64,000 bases of DNA, from assembly GCA_963796455.1 (NCBI GenBank), contig CAWCLO010000001.1, positions 167,372 through 231,371 on the forward strand, read 5' to 3'. Source of the stretch: Candidatus Sulfomarinibacteraceae bacterium (GTDB lineage: Bacteria > Acidobacteriota > Thermoanaerobaculia > Thermoanaerobaculales > Sulfomarinibacteraceae). Shown piece after piece: positions 38,152 to 47,424 of the stretch. The position numbers and the translations under genes are program-made. Numbering within the stretch: the first letter of the stretch is position 1; every line of letters starts with the position of its first letter. The notes beneath the pieces are model-generated. The model saw nothing but the letters and a program-made list of their open reading frames with translations. It searched no databases and was not told the origin of the DNA.

Positions 38152-39393
38152 ATGAACCATGACACCTCCCTCCTGTCCCAACGAGCACGGCGCATGTTGG
38201 CCGGCGGAGCGATCCCCGAATACCTGCAGCGGCACTACGAAGGTCTGGGCGACCCCTTCGACCCGAACGAAAACCGCAACGGATACATCGGCCTTTGCGA
38301 GGCCGAGAACCGGCTGGTGGCAGAGATGGTGGCCGATCGCCTCGACCTCGTCCCGAGGGCGCCATCCCCCGTGCTCTTCTATGACGACATGACCGGCTCG
38401 CGCACGTTCCGCGAGCAGCTCGCGAGCTTCATGGGCCGGACTTTTCTCGGCCGCGAGTTCGAACCCGAACAGATCTCCGTGCTCGCCGGCGCCGGCAGCG
38501 TGCTCGAAATCCTCTTCTATGCACTGGGAGATCCGGGCGACGGCGTTCTCGTCCCGACCCCGAGCTATTCCGGATTCTGGTTGGACCTCGCGTTGCGCGA
38601 CGGGCTGATACTCGTCCCGGTTCACCGCCGCATCGATGAGGACTACCGGCTGACGCCCGAGATGCTCGACCGCGCCGTCGCCGACGCCGGACGACCGATC
38701 AAGGCGCTGCTCTTCACCTCGCCCGACAACCCACTCGGCACGGTCGCATCGAGTGAAGAAATCGAACAGGTGCTGGCGTGGGCCGGGGAGCGCGATCTGC
38801 ACGTGGTCTTCGACGAGATCTACGCCCTTTCAGTCTTCGGCGAGCGAGCATTCACCAGTTGTGCCGAGGTGCTCCCGTCGCTCGGTGACCGGGTCCACAT
38901 CGTCTGGGCCTTCTCAAAGGATTTCGGAGCCTCGGGGCTGCGCTGCGGTGTGCTTGTGAGCGAGAATCAAGCCGTCAACGCCGCTGTCGACGCCCTCGCC
39001 TACTGGGCGTGTTGCTCCGGCCACACCCAGCACCTGCTTGGCGAAATGATCTCTGACGAGACCTGGGTCAACTCGTACGTCGTTTCCATGAGGCAGCTTT
39101 TGCGCGGAGCCTATGCCCGCCTCGCGGCAGCCTTGGATGCCGGTGGAATCTGCTACCAACCGGCCGAGGCAGGCGTTTTCGTCCTGCTCGATCTCCGATC
39201 GTTTCTGGCGGAGCCGACCTGGGAGGCCGAACACACGCTGTGGCTCCGGATTCTCGAGCAGGCCAGGGTCAACCTCACACCCGGCGCGGCCTGCCATATC
39301 GGCGAGCCGGGGTTCTTCAGGCTCTGTTATGCCGCCCAGCCCACCGACACCATGGAGGTCGCCGTCCATCGGATCGTGCAGTTGCTCTGCTGA
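38152..39393 (+). CDS. Class I/II PLP-dependent aminotransferase (ACC-synthase-like subgroup)
   Basis: Motifs are GYIGLCEAENRL, NPLGT and WAFSKDFGASGLRCGVL (PLP Lys motif). Confidence 0.8.
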   Translation: MNHDTSLLSQRARRMLAGGAIPEYLQRHYEGLGDPFDPNENRNGYIGLCEAENRLVAEMVADRLDLVPRAPSPVLFYDDMTGSRTFREQLASFMGRTFLGREFEPEQISVLAGAGSVLEILFYALGDPGDGVLVPTPSYSGFWLDLALRDGLILVPVHRRIDEDYRLTPEMLDRAVADAGRPIKALLFTSPDNPLGTVASSEEIEQVLAWAGERDLHVVFDEIYALSVFGERAFTSCAEVLPSLGDRVHIVWAFSKDFGASGLRCGVLVSENQAVNAAVDALAYWACCSGHTQHLLGEMISDETWVNSYVVSMRQLLRGAYARLAAALDAGGICYQPAEAGVFVLLDLRSFLAEPTWEAEHTLWLRILEQARVNLTPGAACHIGEPGFFRLCYAAQPTDTMEVAVHRIVQLLC

Positions 39394-39454
39394 GGCGCCA
39401 CGGTATTTAATAGAACTCATTCTTTTCCAAGACAGCGATTCGGAAACCGCTCAG

Positions 39455-39547
39455 GGACTGCGACAGGAACCGGCGGACAGCGTCAGCGAACAGTGGTCAG
39501 CGGCAGACGATCAGCGATCAGCAGCAGGGGCAGACAGGGAACAGCAT
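39455..39547. repeat. Left inverted arm (GCTG-rich, complementary orientation) flanking the four-helix-bundle gene
   Basis: It contains CAGCGTCAGCGAACAG, CAGCGGCAG and CAGCGATCAGCAGCAG. These are the reverse complements of the CTGTTCGCTG/CTGACGCTG/CTGCCGCTG blocks at 40045-40140. Confidence 0.5.
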
Positions 39548-39901
39548 TCACTTCTTCGGGTTCAAGAGCCGCCACGTCATCGCACGGACCTGATCGAAGG
39601 CGTTCATCGCTTCACCGGCTCCGTTCGGGCTGATCGCCCCGGCGTGGGCGAGGAGTTGCAAGTGGCTGTCGACCTCTTTCGCCGAGGCGTAGGCGATTCT
39701 CCAGTGGTTCAACCGGTCTCTACCGACTCGGCCGTGCCCTTCTGCCAGGTTCGCAGGGACTGAACTTGCCGACCGGATCACCTGATCGGCTATCGACTTC
39801 AGCGGAGCTGGAACCCTCATCACGAGCTTGATCGCGATACCTGCTGCTTCGAGGGCTTTCGAGTGGGCAACGAGGTTGGTGTTTGTGGCGGCGTTGGACA
39901 T
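39548..39901 (-). CDS. Four-helix-bundle protein (23S rRNA intervening-sequence protein / Avd-like family)
   Basis: ALEAAGIAIKLV, QVIRSASSVPANLAEGHGR and W.IAYASAKEVDSHLQLL are characteristic of the TIGR02436/PF05635 family. The start could be 39901, 39922 or 39934. Confidence 0.8.
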   Translation of the reverse strand: MSNAATNTNLVAHSKALEAAGIAIKLVMRVPAPLKSIADQVIRSASSVPANLAEGHGRVGRDRLNHWRIAYASAKEVDSHLQLLAHAGAISPNGAGEAMNAFDQVRAMTWRLLNPKK

Positions 39902-40039
39902 GGTCACCTCCGGGTCGTTCATGCCCTTACCCACAAGCCGGTGTGGTGGCCGATGTCAAGGATGCCCTGCACCCTGCCTGTCCTTGACATCGGCCGCCCA
40001 CCGGCTACCCCTTCTGTTGAACGACCCGGAGGTGGCCAC

Positions 40040-40249
40040 TTCGTCGCCTGTACTCCTGACCGCTGCCGCTGAACACCGACCGCTGCCCCTGTTCGCTGTT
40101 ACCTGTCGCTGACGCTGACGCTGGACACTGTCGCTGCCGCTGCAATTCGGGCACGGACGCGGACAGCACGAACCGGATGCCCAAAAACCCCAACCGTTAT
40201 CCTCGTGTCATCAGGCGGCAACTTCTCTGGACGATCTGTTTTGGACGGC
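40040..40249. repeat. Right arm of the element. It comprises GCTG-rich blocks plus a hairpin module and is copy B of the interspersed repeat.
   Basis: CTGACCGCTGCCGCTG, CCCCTGTTCGCTG, CCTGTCGCTGACGCTGACGCTGGACACTGTCGCTGCCGCTG, then CCAAAAACC ... GTTTTGG. It aligns with 15170-15359. Confidence 0.6.
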
Positions 40250-40281
40250 AGTGCACAGAACCCTTGAACCACAGATGTGGC

Positions 40282-41184
40282 TCAGAGAAAAAGAAGCGCG
40301 CTGCCGCAGACCGCGACCGCGGCCCCGATCGCAGCCGGCCACGCCACATGCTCGCGGTAGAAGATCACGGACACCGGGATGATCAGGACCGGCGTGAGCG
40401 CCATCAGCGTGGCGGCGACTCCCGCTTCGGTGTACTGCACCGCGAGCAACGAAAGCGACACGCCGATAAAGGGTCCGAAGAAGGCGCCGATGCCGGTACT
40501 GGTCATCGCCTGCCGGTCACCGAGCGCGGCACGGACCCGCGGCCAGCGGCCGGTCGCGGTGAAGACGACCGCGAATCCGACCATCCCCGCCAGCACCCGG
40601 ATCTGGGTGGAGGCGAAGGCGTTGTAGGAGCCCATGCCGTATTTGGCCAAAACGAGCCCGAGTGCCTGGCCGACCGCACCGGCAAGCGCGAGGAGGACCC
40701 CGGTTGGCGGCAGACGCTCGACCCGGCCGGTGGCGTCGCGACGTCTTTCCAAAACCACCGATGACACCCCGAGGATGGTCAGCGCCATCCCGGCCAATTG
40801 CATCGGCGTCAGCACTTCGTGCATCACGAGGAAGCTGAAGATCGTTGTGAAGAGCGGAACCAGGGTCATCATCAGCATGGAAATCCGCGCACCCACCAGG
40901 ACAAAGGCCCGAAACAGACACAGGTCTCCGATCGTGAATCCCGCCAAGCCCGAAAGCGCCAGCCACACCCAGACGTGACGGGACGCATCCGTGGGTAGCG
41001 GTGTGCCGCGGGTGGCCCAGGTGAACGCACCCAGCAGAAACACCGCCATCACCAGACGAATCAGGTTGACCGGCAGCGAACCGACACGACGCCCGGCGGT
41101 CTGGAAGGCGAGAGCGCTGACCGTCCAACAGAAGGCAGTCGCCAGCGCTGCCAACTCGCCTGCGTGAGAAAAGGGTGCCTCCAT
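40282..41184 (-). CDS. DMT superfamily (EamA-like) transporter
   Basis: There are ten predicted TM segments. Two EamA-like halves are visible (AFCWTVSALAFQ ... and LGLVLAKYG ...). Confidence 0.85.
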   Translation of the reverse strand: MEAPFSHAGELAALATAFCWTVSALAFQTAGRRVGSLPVNLIRLVMAVFLLGAFTWATRGTPLPTDASRHVWVWLALSGLAGFTIGDLCLFRAFVLVGARISMLMMTLVPLFTTIFSFLVMHEVLTPMQLAGMALTILGVSSVVLERRRDATGRVERLPPTGVLLALAGAVGQALGLVLAKYGMGSYNAFASTQIRVLAGMVGFAVVFTATGRWPRVRAALGDRQAMTSTGIGAFFGPFIGVSLSLLAVQYTEAGVAATLMALTPVLIIPVSVIFYREHVAWPAAIGAAVAVCGSALLFL

Positions 41185-41279
41185 CGCCGGATGATTCTAA
41201 CCGGGTCGTGCAGGCGAGACGCCTGCACCACAAGACCTACGGTGAGGTTCTCACAGGCCCGAGCGAAGGAGCGCTCGGA

Positions 41280-42560
41280 TCAAACACACGGCCGGTCGAT
41301 GGACGGGCTCGGCTGGCTGAAGTAGTGGGGGCCGTCGTCGGCCATGTAGAAACAATCCTCGAGCCGTACGCCGAATTCTCCCGGCAACACGAAGGCAGGC
41401 TCGTTGCTGAAACACATCCCGGCCTCGAGAGGGCGAGTATTGCCTTTGACCAGGTGAATGCACTCGTGTCCGTCGAGGCCGATGCCATGTCCGGTCCGGT
41501 GCGGAAGACCCGGCAGTTCATAGCCGGGTCCGAAGCCCTTCGCCTCGTAGAAGGCGCGCGCCGCAGCGTCCACCTGCTCGCAAGGCACACCGAGGGCAAT
41601 CGCGTCCCAGACAGCGGCCTGCGCGCCGGCAGCCAAGAGCCAGGCCTCCAGTTGTTGCTGTGTGGGTTCGCCGACAACCACTGTTCGACTGATGTCCGAC
41701 TTGTAACCCTCGACGCGACAGCCGCCGTCCATGAGCACCACGTCGCCTTCCTCGATCGGCCGCCGGCTGCTGCCGTGGGGCCTTGATGATGCCGGTCCGA
41801 TCTGGGCGTTGATGCTGCCCGAGGCCCCAAGCGCTTTGTGGGCCTGACGGCTGAGGTCGCTGAATTCGTCGGAAGTCATCCCCGGTTCCAGCATGGGAAT
41901 CACCGTTCGGTAGACCTCGATGGTGATATCGGACGCCATCTGCATCAGGGCGATTTCGGTTTTCGACTTGATGAGTCGGCATTCCACCGTCACGGAATCC
42001 GCACTCACGTACTCGAGGTGAGGGGCTTCGGAACGGATGCCGTCGAAAAGAAAGAAACGAACCCGTTCCTCCATCCCGATTCGACCGCTCTTGATTCCGA
42101 GATCGGCAAACAGATCCGCCACGACACCACAGGGATTTTCGTGCTCCTCCCAGCTTCGAACGTCGGAGCCGAAGCGGATCTTGTCGAGTGACTCCTCCTC
42201 TTCGAACTTGGGTAGGATGTAGACGGGTTCTCCTTCGGCCGGCAGCACGGCGGCAAACATCCGCTCGCTCGGCCACATTCTGACATCAGTGAAATACTCG
42301 AGGCTCGTGCCCACGTCGAGATAGACGGCATCCATGGCGTTGGCGGCCATCAATCGCTGGGCCTTTTCGATCCTCCCCCATCGCTCTTCGTCGGAGATCG
42401 GAACCACATCGTCGGTCATGGGCACGAGGCCATCAATTACTCCGGCCGCTGGAGCCGGCGGCTTCGCACAACCCGTACCGGCGACGCCCGCCCCGATCGC
42501 CGCACCCATCGATGTTTTGAGAAAATCCCTCCGACCAATGACCATTGACTGCCTCCCCAT
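41280..42560 (-). CDS. M24 family metallopeptidase (Xaa-Pro peptidase/creatinase-like) with TAT signal and possible lipobox
   Basis: Signal is GRRDFLKTSMGAAIGAGVAGTGC. Metal-ligand blocks are VLMDGGCRVEGYKSDISRT, HRTGHGIGLDGHE and GMCFSNEPAF. Confidence 0.85.
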   Translation of the reverse strand: MGRQSMVIGRRDFLKTSMGAAIGAGVAGTGCAKPPAPAAGVIDGLVPMTDDVVPISDEERWGRIEKAQRLMAANAMDAVYLDVGTSLEYFTDVRMWPSERMFAAVLPAEGEPVYILPKFEEEESLDKIRFGSDVRSWEEHENPCGVVADLFADLGIKSGRIGMEERVRFFLFDGIRSEAPHLEYVSADSVTVECRLIKSKTEIALMQMASDITIEVYRTVIPMLEPGMTSDEFSDLSRQAHKALGASGSINAQIGPASSRPHGSSRRPIEEGDVVLMDGGCRVEGYKSDISRTVVVGEPTQQQLEAWLLAAGAQAAVWDAIALGVPCEQVDAAARAFYEAKGFGPGYELPGLPHRTGHGIGLDGHECIHLVKGNTRPLEAGMCFSNEPAFVLPGEFGVRLEDCFYMADDGPHYFSQPSPSIDRPCV

Positions 42561-42708
42561 CCTCGACCTGAGTCATTGTAAGACAGACGCGCTCATTGCA
42601 AGCTTCAGGGCAGCGGATGGGATCGGAGACAATCCCATTGATGAGCAGATGTCATCCCAGCATCAATTGACCAGGTATCTGGGGAAGCCAGTCGGTGGGC
42701 GATCCAGG

Positions 42709-43680
42709 CTAAGGTTCGGCCACCAGAAACGGCACATCGCTCAACGGACGGACCGAACTCAGGACAAGACCTCCGTCTCGACCGCCCCACCGGACGATAT
42801 CTTGTGCACTGAAGGGCAACTCCGTGGCGAAGGCGCCGTTGATGATCTCGATCGTCTCGTTGATCGAATCAAAATCGGTGACCGGAAGACCTTGCCCATT
42901 CGTCAGCATATTGTCCGCATGCGCCGCGATTTCTTTCAATTTTCGCGACATTGGTTCCCCTGACATCTCGGTCATGTTCGGACCGGCAGATCGTATGGGG
43001 TCCAGTTTTTCCAAATAGCATCGACAGTTGAGTTCGGCTGTCATGAAACATATCCCGGGGCATGCGGCTTCACATTTCACACAGTTTGGATAGATGGGGA
43101 ATTTATTGGCCTTGAAGTCTTGCGCAAGAGACAGATCGCCAAAACGCATACCCGGGTCATTCACAGTGATTCCATTGCCACAGATGATGATATTGACCTT
43201 CAATGCAACGAGGTTTCTCTGCAGTCGATCGATGTGTTCTGTGGGCTGCGGGCTCATCTGTCGACCTGACGCCCGGCTGCCTTCCACATATGCGCCACGC
43301 CCGTCCGACTTGTGGTTGAGGAAGTCAAAGACCTCTCGCTGATTGCTCAGTACGATGGGTGGTCTTCTTGTACCGTCGGCATTCGGCGTGGCGGGAACTC
43401 CGACAACAAGGGTCGGCACACGTTTGAAGACCTCTTCGAGAACGTTGGCGGTGTTTGGCATGGCTGCCGGCGCACCTCGACCCGCCGGCTGCGCGGGCTC
43501 CCGCTGATCGGCCTGGGCGAGTTGGGTTGCGGTGAAGGTCCTGTAAAAAAGCTCACTCGCAGGGGCGATCGCAGAAACAGGGCGCTGCTGCTGCCCCCGA
43601 CCCTGTTGTTGTGCATCTACGAAACCGGAGTAGATCGTCACCAAGAGACACACGGATACCAGCGCCAGTTTCTTTTTCAC
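42709..43680 (-). CDS. Secreted hypothetical protein with a Cys-rich segment
   Basis: Signal peptide is MKKKLALVSVCLLVTIYSGFVDAQ. There is a Q/G-rich linker and a cysteine cluster, CVKCEAACPGICFMTAELNCRCY. I recognise no family. Confidence 0.6.
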   Translation of the reverse strand: MKKKLALVSVCLLVTIYSGFVDAQQQGRGQQQRPVSAIAPASELFYRTFTATQLAQADQREPAQPAGRGAPAAMPNTANVLEEVFKRVPTLVVGVPATPNADGTRRPPIVLSNQREVFDFLNHKSDGRGAYVEGSRASGRQMSPQPTEHIDRLQRNLVALKVNIIICGNGITVNDPGMRFGDLSLAQDFKANKFPIYPNCVKCEAACPGICFMTAELNCRCYLEKLDPIRSAGPNMTEMSGEPMSRKLKEIAAHADNMLTNGQGLPVTDFDSINETIEIINGAFATELPFSAQDIVRWGGRDGGLVLSSVRPLSDVPFLVAEP

Positions 43681-43996
43681 GATCTTTCAACCTTTCAACG
43701 ACGCAGCATGAAGTCCATTCGGAACCCTTCGGGCTTTCCAAGACACACGACACGAGCCACCAGGATCGATCGACAGGTTTTTGAACAGAATTAACTTCGA
43801 TGATGATACTACATCTCAAGGTGTGTTCCATGGATCACTTGACGACTTTGCATCACCAAATGTCACAACTTGATAAGTGCACCTCTGTTTGAGACCAGCG
43901 GTTTGCGTAGCCTCGAAAACTCGAGCATTAAACTGGAAATCGTTCCTCCGACCAATGGACCGTTGTACGGATCCGGAGAAATCGGATAATCGATAT

Positions 43997-45275
43997 TCAT
44001 TCGTCCCGGAGTCGATCCAGCATCGCCTCAGCATTCGTGTTGCTCGGGTCGAGTTCGAGGGATCTCTCATAATTTGCGATCGCGTCGTCGCTTCGCCCCG
44101 CGAGCATGTACGCCTCGCCGAGGCTGTCGTAGGTATTGGATGCCGCGGGATAGGCCTCCACGTTGAGTTCGAAGATGGTGATGGCCTCGTCGAGTCTGTC
44201 GCGGGCCACGAGTTGATAGCCGAGCATGTTCAACTCGAACTCGGCAAAACTCCAGCCATCCGCCTCGGTGCTCTTCAGCTTCCGGTAGAGAGCAACTGCG
44301 GCCTCCGGACCATCCTGCTCCAGCACTTCGGTCATGGGTGCGCAGATCGATCGCGAACCGGCGCCGGTAAGACTTGCATATATTTCGGTGATCCAGTTTC
44401 CGAAACTGAGCCCGTTCTCCGGGACTCTCCCATTCGCTCCAGGGAGCCAGCGGGTTGCGATCGATGATCTCCGGCAGAGTGCGGCCCGCTTTCAGTTCCT
44501 TGGCCACCGCCGCGACCGTGTCTTCAATCATCACGATGTAGGCCTGCAGTTCAGCCATGGTGAAAGCGCCGCCGTGAGCGGCCACAAGCTTGGTGTCGGT
44601 GGGCAAGGTCTCATGGATTTCTTTCAGGACCTCGATCAGTCGTTGCGCGTCGCCGCCGCGGGCGGGGTCGGCATTCGGGAAGGTCCCGAGCAGCACCAGA
44701 TCCCCGACACAGGCGACCCGGCTATTCGTGAAGTGGACGATGACATCTCCGTCGGTATGACCGCCGGGCAGAGGAAGAACGCGAATGAGATCCCCGTTGA
44801 AATGAATCGTCGCGTTCCCGACCAGAGTCACGTCCGGCAGGCCCTCGGTCTGCACAGCCGGGAGAGCGAAGTAGGTGCTCATTCGGCGGCCGACCTGAGG
44901 ATGGGCGATGATCACCGCCCCCTCTCCCATGACCGCGTTGCCGCCGGAGTGGTCCGCGTCACCATGGGTGTTGACGATGATCCGGACCGGGCCGCCGCCG
45001 AGCATGTTCGTTTCGTCCTCGAGGGCCGCAGCGGTCGCGGCATAGCCGGTGTCGACCAGCAGGGTGCCGTCGTCGCCGATCGACGCCACGACACCGACGT
45101 TTCCGTTGCACCGCAGTTGATAGAGATTGTCGGAGATTCGACTGACCTCGACCGGTGGCGGCGCTTCGGCCTCCTGGGCCACCGCCCCGCGAACGATCAC
45201 CGCGAGCAATACAATGAACACTTTCAGGAATCGATAATTCACAGCGGAACTCCATTCATTCGCACTGTCGTTCAC
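43997..45275 (-). CDS. Metallo-beta-lactamase-fold domain fused to C-terminal TPR repeats, secreted. One frameshift lies near 44410-44425.
   Basis: NTHGDADHSGG is the HxHxDH-type motif. After WESPGE the sensible frame changes to GLSFGNWITEIYASLTG...MTEVLEQDG, which runs into the TPR ORF 43997..44335. The GTG start overlaps the stop of the upstream paralog (GTGA). Confidence 0.75.
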
Positions 45276-46585
45276 TCTGACGACCCGGAGAGTCCTTGCG
45301 ACCCCTCTTCCGGCGTCGCAGACAACTCGTCCATCAGATTACGGGCAGCAGCAAAATCAGGCTCGAGCCGAATCGACTCCTGACAGTGTTGGATCGCCAG
45401 GTCGAATCGGGAAAGTTGCTCGAGGCATCTGGCTGCCAGGAAGTGCGTGTAGTAACCGTATTCGCTGTCCGGGTACAGCTCCAGAGACCCCTCGAGGAAT
45501 TCGACCGAATCTTCGTAGAGCCCGCGGCCCAAGAGCTTCCCACCAATGCTCATCAGCACATACTCGCTGAAATCGAAATCCATTTCCCGGGTCTGCAGTA
45601 ATTTCCGATAGTGTTCCACGGCCGCCTCGGCACCGTCGTTCTTCCAGGCCTCGTAAATCGGCACGCAGATGTCGGATCGGGTTTCCCGGGGAACGGTGAG
45701 AGCATCCACGACGTACTCGATCCAGTCATCGGTCCCGACATAGCTGCCGGCGAAATTCTCATATTCGTCGAGTACCCCGGCCTCCTGCATTTCCTCCGTC
45801 GTCTTGACCCGCGGCAAGCCCGTGCCGCACGATTTCGATGGAGGAATGCATCATGTCCGCATAGGCCGGCAGCATGTCCCAGGTGCCCAAAGAAATCGAA
45901 CCCCCCGGCTTTGCCATGGTGGCCGGAAACCAGACGTATGTCCTCGGGGAGAAGAGCCATGAGGCGCCGCGTCAAGTTTTCGAACTGCAGCACATCACCA
46001 TCCCCGTCGACCGAGGGGAAATTGAAGCCGTTGACCACCGAACTGACATGGGCGATTCGGCGGTGTGGTGAAATGCACCATGAGTTCGTTGTCGTCATGG
46101 CTGCCGCCGATGCTGACCACCCGGATGATTCGTCGTTGAAGCGGATCTCGAGAGAGTCTTCGTGGTGATATCGGGAAAAGAGTCCGCCGGGATACTCGCT
46201 GAACAAAAAAGTCCCGCTCCGCAGTTTTTCAGGAACGAGTTCGTGGGCAACAATGACGGGGTCGGGGCCAAAAACGGCGTTTGCCCCCGATGTGCTCGAC
46301 ATGGCGGTGCGTGTTGATGATGTACCTGGGTGGGCCGAGGCCCAGACTCTCCACGAATTCCCGAAAGGCCTCGACATCCTGGGCGTGATGGGTGTCAACC
46401 AGCAACACGCCGTCTTTTCCGGTGAAGACCAACGAATTGTTGCTGTAGCTTCCCTGGTCGGTGCTGAGCATCAGCAATCCAGGGGCCAATGTGGTGACCT
46501 GAAAGTAATCCTCGGCAAAAACGATGCCCGGAATCAGAGCCAATCCGGCAAGAACGAGAGTCACGCGACGCAGCTGTGTTGTCAT
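45272..46585 (-). pseudogene. Paralogous MBL-fold/TPR fusion, broken by several frame changes
   Basis: Three overlapping ORFs in different frames cover it: 46229..46648 (signal peptide, INTHRHVEHIGG), 45553..46398 (middle) and 45272..45817 (TPR tail). Sensible sequence hops frames at least three times. Confidence 0.65.
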
Positions 46586-46640
46586 ATTTCGCTCCTCGGC
46601 TCCTCGGCTCCTCGAGCGATGTATTTCTTTTGGCCATTTT

Positions 46641-46672
46641 CGTAACAACGTTACGAATACGAACTACGTTAC
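46641..46672. promoter_or_regulatory. Candidate TetR operator in the divergent intergenic region
   Basis: A perfect palindrome CGTAAC-AAC-GTTACG lies at 46641-46655. ACGTTAC recurs 18 nt downstream. The site sits between the MBL/TPR gene and the TetR gene. Confidence 0.4.
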
Positions 46673-46708
46673 ACTTATCTCGAAGTTTCAGCGTGGCGAG
46701 GGAAATTC

Positions 46709-47320
46709 ATGGGAGTTTCGGATCGTAAGAAGAGAGAAACCGAACTGCTGAGACAGCGGGTGCTCGACGTCGCTGAAGAGATCATCGCAACGGAAGGCGT
46801 CAGCAACGTCACAATGCGGCGGATCGCCTCGAGTGTCGAATACGCACCAACTGTGCTGTACCGGCTGTTCGCCGACAAAAACGATCTGATGGACCACCTC
46901 ATAGCCCGCGGCTACGTGGGAGTCCGGAAACGTTACGAAAAGCTCCTCAGCCGGAACGACTCGGATCCGTTGCAGGCTTTCGCCACCCTCATCAAGGTCT
47001 ACGTGGATTACGCGCTCACCCACCCCAACCACTACCGGATGTGGTTTGCGACCAGTGAAATCAGCCGGGAAAACGGTCAATTGAAGATGCGCCACGGTCG
47101 CCTGGAGTTCGTAGTCTTCCGACCCTGGCTGGGCTGCATCGAGGCCTGCCGTGAAGCCGGCATGTTTCCAGGGCGAAGCGCGATGGAAACGTTTCAGTTG
47201 GTCTGGACCCGTGTTCACGGGCTGATCAGCCTGCGTCTTCAGCACCCCGCATTTCCCTGGATGCCTGTCGACAAACACCTGGACGAGGCGCTGGACCTGA
47301 CCCGGTTGGCCAAGGGATAG
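46709..47320 (+). CDS. TetR/AcrR family transcriptional regulator
   Basis: The N-terminal HTH is VLDVAEEIIATEGVSNVTMRRIASSVEYAPTVLYRLFADKNDL. Confidence 0.85.
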   Translation: MGVSDRKKRETELLRQRVLDVAEEIIATEGVSNVTMRRIASSVEYAPTVLYRLFADKNDLMDHLIARGYVGVRKRYEKLLSRNDSDPLQAFATLIKVYVDYALTHPNHYRMWFATSEISRENGQLKMRHGRLEFVVFRPWLGCIEACREAGMFPGRSAMETFQLVWTRVHGLISLRLQHPAFPWMPVDKHLDEALDLTRLAKG

Positions 47321-47424
47321 CCCGCCGCTGCCAACGTTCCCGGCCAATTCGAGGGGTGGCCCCTGCTGTTGCCGCCGCCGCTGCCGCTCCACGATTCTCG
47401 CCGGCGCTGCTATCTTCGACGCCG

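Noticed and set aside
37693-38802. 369-aa minus-strand ORF
   Set aside because: It overlaps the VanX-type gene in another frame and is antisense to the aminotransferase. It has no motifs.
39548-39934. Diversity-generating retroelement (Avd-like gene)
   Set aside because: No reverse transcriptase gene and no template/variable repeat pair with adenine-specific differences are visible anywhere in the window.
43681-43996. tRNA or small RNA gene in the long lower-GC intergenic region
   Set aside because: No cloverleaf-compatible segments and no T-loop GTTCRANYC motif were seen by eye. No conserved hairpin was found. This cannot be excluded without tRNAscan-SE or Infernal.
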